From: Fidelibacterota bacterium
GTDB lineage: Bacteria; Fidelibacterota; UBA2242
NCBI GenBank assembly: GCA_049975265.1
Contig: JBNGDF010000045.1
Coordinates: 3,045-15,673, forward strand
Direction of reading: 5' to 3'
DNA length: 12,629 nt
Part shown: in pieces, positions 8,228 through 12,629 of the stretch
Layout: each line of letters begins with the position of its first letter
How positions within the stretch are numbered: position 1 is the stretch's first letter
Program-made: the position numbers and the translations under genes
Notes under the pieces: generated by a model
Told to the model about the DNA's origin: nothing
Seen by the model: only the letters and a program-made list of their open reading frames with translations
Database searches by the model: none

Positions 8228-8427
8228 ATCGACGATAAATCTCCCCTGTCCACTACTATCAGATCAGCCGTGATGGCAGATTTGCTATAATGCAGAAATT
8301 TCAAAATTGTCTGTCCCTCCGGCTGTCTCTGTCCCGTAAGTAACAATGCCGATTCACGTTATAAGTTAAAAACTGTCTTATTAGTCGTAAAAGGTAAAAA
8401 AAGATGCATAATTTTTCGATTTATTTC

Positions 8428-8456
8428 TTGACATATTAAAACGGTTCAATTAATAT
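8428..8456 (+). promoter_or_regulatory. Sigma70-type promoter of the TBDR operon
   Basis: TTGACA (8428-8433), a 17-nt spacer, then TAATAT (8451-8456). An A-rich tract lies upstream. Confidence 0.78.
8435..8450. promoter_or_regulatory. LacI-type operator O3 (ATTAAAACGGTTCAAT)
   Basis: Exact reverse complement of O2. It fills the -35/-10 spacer of the TBDR promoter. Confidence 0.87.
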
Positions 8457-8636
8457 TGAATAAGTGCAAATAATAAAAATGATGATTTATCACTCTGGAA
8501 CAGCAATTTTGGAAGTCACTTCACAAAAAGGGTTGGGTTTTCAGACACTGCGGGGTAATGTACCATTCAGGTCAAATAAAACCGGTACAGCATTTGCAAA
8601 TACCTAAATAGTCACAAAAATGAGGGTGGTGTATCA

Positions 8637-11600
8637 ATGAAATACTTCATCAGTCATTCTGGCAAACGAAAAATTTTACCCAAAATTCGAGAAATCCGTC
8701 AGATTCGGCTGAAAGGTATCGCCGGTAGCCTCTTAATCGCTCTCTTTTTGGCTCAATCCCTGTCAGCTGCCGGCACCATCAAGGGCAGGGTGTACGATAA
8801 AACGACCAATAAGGGGCTTGCTGCGGCAAATATTGTCATTGAGGGAACCAGCTTCGGTGCCGCCGCCGATCTGGACGGCATGTACGTCATTACCAACGCC
8901 CCCGCGGGAAAGCAGACAATCGTGGTCTCCTATATCGGCTATGTCACCGAAGAAGTAGAGATTGAGATACCGGAATACGGGACTCTGAAAAGGGATTTCG
9001 GAATGCAGCCCGATGTTGTCAAAGGCAAAGAGGTGATTGTACTGGCACAGGGGCTGGGTCAGATTCAGGCAATCAATCAACAGCTGGCATCGGATAAGAT
9101 CAGCAATGTGGTTTCCGAAGCGAAAATACAGGAGTTGCCCGATTTCAACGCCGCTCAGGCGCTGGCGCGTCTGCCGGGTGTCTCGACATTGGAGAGTTCC
9201 GGTGAAGCCAATAAGGTGGTCATCCGGGGACTGGCGCCGCAATACAATACTATCTCGGTAGAGGGAGTTAAACTGACCTCCACCGGGAGTTCGCAAATCG
9301 GTGTATCAGCACTAGGAAACACGTCCGGCAGTATTTCCAATGACCGCAGTGTTGATCTTAGCATGATTTCACCTTATATGATCAAATCCATGTCGGTCTT
9401 CAAATCCCTGACACCCGATATGAATGCCAATTCCATCGGCGGTTCCGTGAATATGGAACTACGGGAAGCGCCTTCCCAACTGCATTACGATTTGCTATGG
9501 CAATCGGGTTATACCGCCAAAACCGGTAACTACGGAAATTACCGCGCCGTGGCTTCCGCCAGTCAGCGTTTTTTCGTGGACAAACTCGGCGCCTATCTTC
9601 TGGTAAATGCCGAAAAATACGATCGTGACGCCGACAATATGGACGCCTTTTATAACACCAGCAGCAGTACTATTGACACGACCACCGGCTATCGTCCGGT
9701 GCGGGTCAGAGACGTCACACTGAGACGACATATTGAGACCCGGAAACGTTACGGCGGCAATCTGATCCTGGACTACAAACTGCCTTCCGGCTCGATCAAA
9801 GCGGTGAACATGTTCACCCGCCTGGCTTCCGATTACAGCGATAATAATACGGTATTGCACTATAGTGATGGGGTCCTGTACTTTAATTATCGGGAAGGGG
9901 AAAATATCACCGATCTATCTGTTAATTCTATCGCTTTAAAGTACGATTTCGGACGAATGCAGATGGATATGAATATCTCGCGCACTGCATCTGAAAATAA
10001 TCTGCCCGAATCCCCATACCTTCAATTTCAAACCGGTGATATTCTCCCTTCTAACGTTCCAGACAACACAATACCTGAAGATTTAGTTCGATTGATTGAT
10101 TTCCCGGGTGCCGACAAGGTGTATCTGACTAATATCAATATATTCAGTTCACTTTACAAAGAATCCAAAAATACAATTTCATCCAATTTTAAATTCCCCT
10201 TTGCAGTAAGTACATTCCTGACCGGTTACCTGAAAATAGGTGGACAATATTATCATCAGAAAAACAGCAACGATCAGAAAACCCCTTACGCCAGAATAAA
10301 TAAAACCGGTGATTTCCAAACGGCAATGGTAGAGGATTTGGAAAAAGTTTTTGGGATTCCGGTAGACTCTGCAACCGCCAAATTTACAGGTGCCCGGTTT
10401 TTGGGTGATGAAAACCTGATGGGGTCTTTCCTTGATAATGAATTCGGGGAAATCTACTTTGCCTGCGACCCGACTATCCCGGCGGAGATGGCGGAATATC
10501 TGGCAAATAGTCCGCAATGGCGGGGTAAAGCCACCGGCGGTCCGGAGCAGACCGGCGGCTGGTACAGCGGTATGTTCCAGACCCTGGCAAATTCCTATAA
10601 ATACATGGAAGAGTATTACGCCACCTACGTAATGTCGGAAATTAAATACAGAAATATCATGATCGTCGGCGGCGCCCGCTACGAAAAAACGGCGTCAAAA
10701 TATACCGCCTATAATATGTTCGACATGCGCAATCCCGATGCTCAAAACTGCGATACGGTTGTCGCCAAACCAAAAAGTGAATTTGTACTCCCAATGGTTC
10801 AGGCAAAGTATTCACCCTTCGGCTGGTTCGATATCCGCTATGCCTACACACAGACCCTTGCCAGACCGGATTACCATCAGATGTCACCGAAAATCACCTA
10901 CAATAATCCACGCAATGTTGTCCGGGCTGGTAATCCGGACCTGCAACCGGCGCTGGCGTGCAACCACGATCTTTATCTGACTTTTCACGGTAATAAGCTG
11001 GGACTCTTCTCTATCGGCGGTTTCTATAAAACCGTGGAAGATTTTACCTATTCCTACGCCTATAAACTGCACGAAACCAGTGATGACGAAATGGTCAGAA
11101 CGATCGACGATTTTAATATCATGGGAATTAAACCGGATAAAGATAAGGGACCCACATTATATACCTATATAAACAGCCCTTACAAAGCGTACGTAAAAGG
11201 GATCGAATTCGATTTGCAGACACGGTTTTGGTATCTGCCCTTCCCGCTGGATGGTGTTATCCTGGGAGCCAATTATACCATGATTGAGTCAAGAACTAGA
11301 TACCCGTATAATGATGAAGTAACCGATTATACGACGCGTCCGCCGGTAACCAAAACCCAATTTGCCACCCGCCCCGGACGGCTGATCTATCAGCCGAACG
11401 ATGTTGTCAATGCATATGTTGGTTATGAGTACAAGGGATTTTCAGCCCGGTTGTCGTTCCTCTTTCAGGGTAATTCCGTGAGCCGGATCGGGACCTTCCC
11501 GGAACAGGATGGCTACACCAAAGATTATTTCCGAATCGATGCTTCGCTCCGGCAGAAACTGCCCTGGCATGGGACCGAAATTTATCTGGACGCCAGCAAC

Positions 11601-11705
11601 CTGAACAATGCCCTTAATGAATCCGCCCAGATTACAATTGACGGGTTCACCAATGTCAAACACTACGGTGCCACCGCCAATCTCGGTGTGAGATTTAGAA
11701 TGTAA
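8637..11705 (+). CDS. TonB-dependent receptor with N-terminal carboxypeptidase-regulatory-like domain; probable xylo-oligosaccharide importer
   Basis: Signal peptide ending SLSA. N-terminal domain GTIKGRVYD...AANIVIEGTSFGAAADLDGMY...SYIGY. TonB-box-like EVIVLAQ. Plug motifs LPDFNAAQALARLPGVS, VVIRGL, KSLTPDMNANSIGGSVNM. Barrel motifs TQTLARPDY, GNPDLQP, KGIEF and terminal strand NLGVRFRM. Substrate is inferred from context only. Confidence 0.92.
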   Translation: MKYFISHSGKRKILPKIREIRQIRLKGIAGSLLIALFLAQSLSAAGTIKGRVYDKTTNKGLAAANIVIEGTSFGAAADLDGMYVITNAPAGKQTIVVSYIGYVTEEVEIEIPEYGTLKRDFGMQPDVVKGKEVIVLAQGLGQIQAINQQLASDKISNVVSEAKIQELPDFNAAQALARLPGVSTLESSGEANKVVIRGLAPQYNTISVEGVKLTSTGSSQIGVSALGNTSGSISNDRSVDLSMISPYMIKSMSVFKSLTPDMNANSIGGSVNMELREAPSQLHYDLLWQSGYTAKTGNYGNYRAVASASQRFFVDKLGAYLLVNAEKYDRDADNMDAFYNTSSSTIDTTTGYRPVRVRDVTLRRHIETRKRYGGNLILDYKLPSGSIKAVNMFTRLASDYSDNNTVLHYSDGVLYFNYREGENITDLSVNSIALKYDFGRMQMDMNISRTASENNLPESPYLQFQTGDILPSNVPDNTIPEDLVRLIDFPGADKVYLTNINIFSSLYKESKNTISSNFKFPFAVSTFLTGYLKIGGQYYHQKNSNDQKTPYARINKTGDFQTAMVEDLEKVFGIPVDSATAKFTGARFLGDENLMGSFLDNEFGEIYFACDPTIPAEMAEYLANSPQWRGKATGGPEQTGGWYSGMFQTLANSYKYMEEYYATYVMSEIKYRNIMIVGGARYEKTASKYTAYNMFDMRNPDAQNCDTVVAKPKSEFVLPMVQAKYSPFGWFDIRYAYTQTLARPDYHQMSPKITYNNPRNVVRAGNPDLQPALACNHDLYLTFHGNKLGLFSIGGFYKTVEDFTYSYAYKLHETSDDEMVRTIDDFNIMGIKPDKDKGPTLYTYINSPYKAYVKGIEFDLQTRFWYLPFPLDGVILGANYTMIESRTRYPYNDEVTDYTTRPPVTKTQFATRPGRLIYQPNDVVNAYVGYEYKGFSARLSFLFQGNSVSRIGTFPEQDGYTKDYFRIDASLRQKLPWHGTEIYLDASNLNNALNESAQITIDGFTNVKHYGATANLGVRFRM

Positions 11706-11762
11706 AGGGAAATCAGTAATGATAGTGAAAAACAATGTAAATAAAATATGGAGGTTCAACTT

Positions 11763-12629
11763 ATGAAACGAATCGTTACAGGAATGATTTGTGCCTGTTT
11801 TCTCAGCCTCTCCTTGTCTGCTCAGGTCAAGGATACGGTTGAAGTAAACGGCATGTATAGCGACGGCGGTGAAGGTGAACTGAACACCGCCATTCAGACA
11901 GTCATTGACGCCGGGAATCTCTCCAATAAGGTTTTCAAACTGAAATCCTACGACTGGTACGTCATTACCGGAACGATCGAAGTACCCGCAGGTGAAACGC
12001 TTGAGCTGGTTGGAGAGCCGATCGGTACAACCCAGGCGACTGCCCCACCGCAGATTCTCTGGACCGCCAGTGGCAGCGTTACGAAAAATTTCATGATTGC
12101 TGTCTATGGCGATCTGATCATGAAAAACATCTGGATCCGGTATGCCGATGCCGCCGGTGTTCAGACCGGAACGCCGATCGTGTTTGATGGCGATACTCTG
12201 GGTGTCACCGGAGATACCGGTGAATACGGTACCTTCGAAAATTGTATTTTTGAATGGATGCCCTGCCCCACCGTAACTGCTTCCGGTGCAATCTGCGTCC
12301 GCTGCGAACATTTTAACGGAACATTCAGGAACTGCTATTTCCGCAACTGCGTAGACTCGCACTTTATGTATTATGGCAGAGCGGTCTCCTTTCCTTACGA
12401 TGTTCCGGGATATCACACGGACTATATCTCCTTCGAAAACTGCACCTTTGCCAACATGGGCTATGTCTACATGCAGGAGGGAACCAACTGGGGCGAGAAC
12501 GTTCACTTCAACCACTGTACTTTTTACAATGTTGTGATGTTTTCGCTGGAATCCGGCTGGTGGTGGAAAATGAACGTCACCAATTCCCTCTTTGTAAATG
12601 CGTTTATGATGGGATTTGTCCCGGCACAG
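11763..12629 (+). CDS. Secreted protein with predicted right-handed parallel beta-helix (pectin-lyase-like) repeats; 3' end truncated
   Basis: Not in the ORF track. GGAGG at 11750-11754, ATG at 11763, and 289 codons open to the edge. Translation starts MKRIVTGMICACFLSLSLSA-QVKDTVEV...GELNTAIQ...FKLKSYDWYVITGTI. Repeats are FENCIF, FRNCYFRNC, FENCTFAN, FNHCTFYN, VTNSLFVN. Confidence 0.85.
   Translation, partial: MKRIVTGMICACFLSLSLSAQVKDTVEVNGMYSDGGEGELNTAIQTVIDAGNLSNKVFKLKSYDWYVITGTIEVPAGETLELVGEPIGTTQATAPPQILWTASGSVTKNFMIAVYGDLIMKNIWIRYADAAGVQTGTPIVFDGDTLGVTGDTGEYGTFENCIFEWMPCPTVTASGAICVRCEHFNGTFRNCYFRNCVDSHFMYYGRAVSFPYDVPGYHTDYISFENCTFANMGYVYMQEGTNWGENVHFNHCTFYNVVMFSLESGWWWKMNVTNSLFVNAFMMGFVPAQ

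Noticed and set aside
8059..8346. 95-aa minus-strand ORF spanning the lacI end and intergenic region
   Set aside because: Mostly antisense to lacI, non-ATG start, no SD or motif.
8637..11705. Calling the receptor susC, or a cobalamin transporter with a B12 riboswitch
   Set aside because: No SusC signature and no SusD partner. No cobalamin riboswitch consensus recognised upstream, and the promoter carries the sugar-regulon operator.
11442..12515. 357-aa minus-strand ORF
   Set aside because: Antisense to the TBDR end and to the beta-helix gene, which has a GGAGG SD, a signal peptide and repeats.
1..12629. CRISPR arrays, tRNA/rRNA, transposases, defence systems
   Set aside because: No regularly spaced repeats, RNA-gene signatures or mobile-element motifs were seen. 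Nearly all sequence is accounted for by seven CDSs and two regulatory spacers.

Overview
A bacterial glucuronoxylan-utilization locus with two divergent arms around a LacI-family regulator. The minus-strand arm is GH115 alpha-glucuronidase (3856-6819), a lipoprotein GH43 beta-xylosidase/arabinofuranosidase (2053-3804), a URO-D/MtaA-CmuA-superfamily protein (1026-2060) and class II xylose isomerase xylA (start 971, runs off the left edge). The plus-strand arm is the LacI regulator (7196-8227), a non-SusC TonB-dependent receptor (8637-11705) and a secreted beta-helix-like protein (start 11763, runs off the right edge) in the position where a SusD would normally sit. Neither edge gene is in the supplied ORF track. 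One 16-bp LacI-type operator (ATTGAACCGTTTYAAT) lies upstream of all three transcription units. Two of the three promoters read TTGACA-N17-TAATAT. Shine-Dalgarno sites and sigma70-type promoters suggest a host outside classical Bacteroidia (inference). Two main hypotheses follow: the URO-D-like enzyme O-demethylates the 4-O-methylglucuronate released by GH115, and the TBDR plus beta-helix protein form a SusC/D-independent glycan-capture module.
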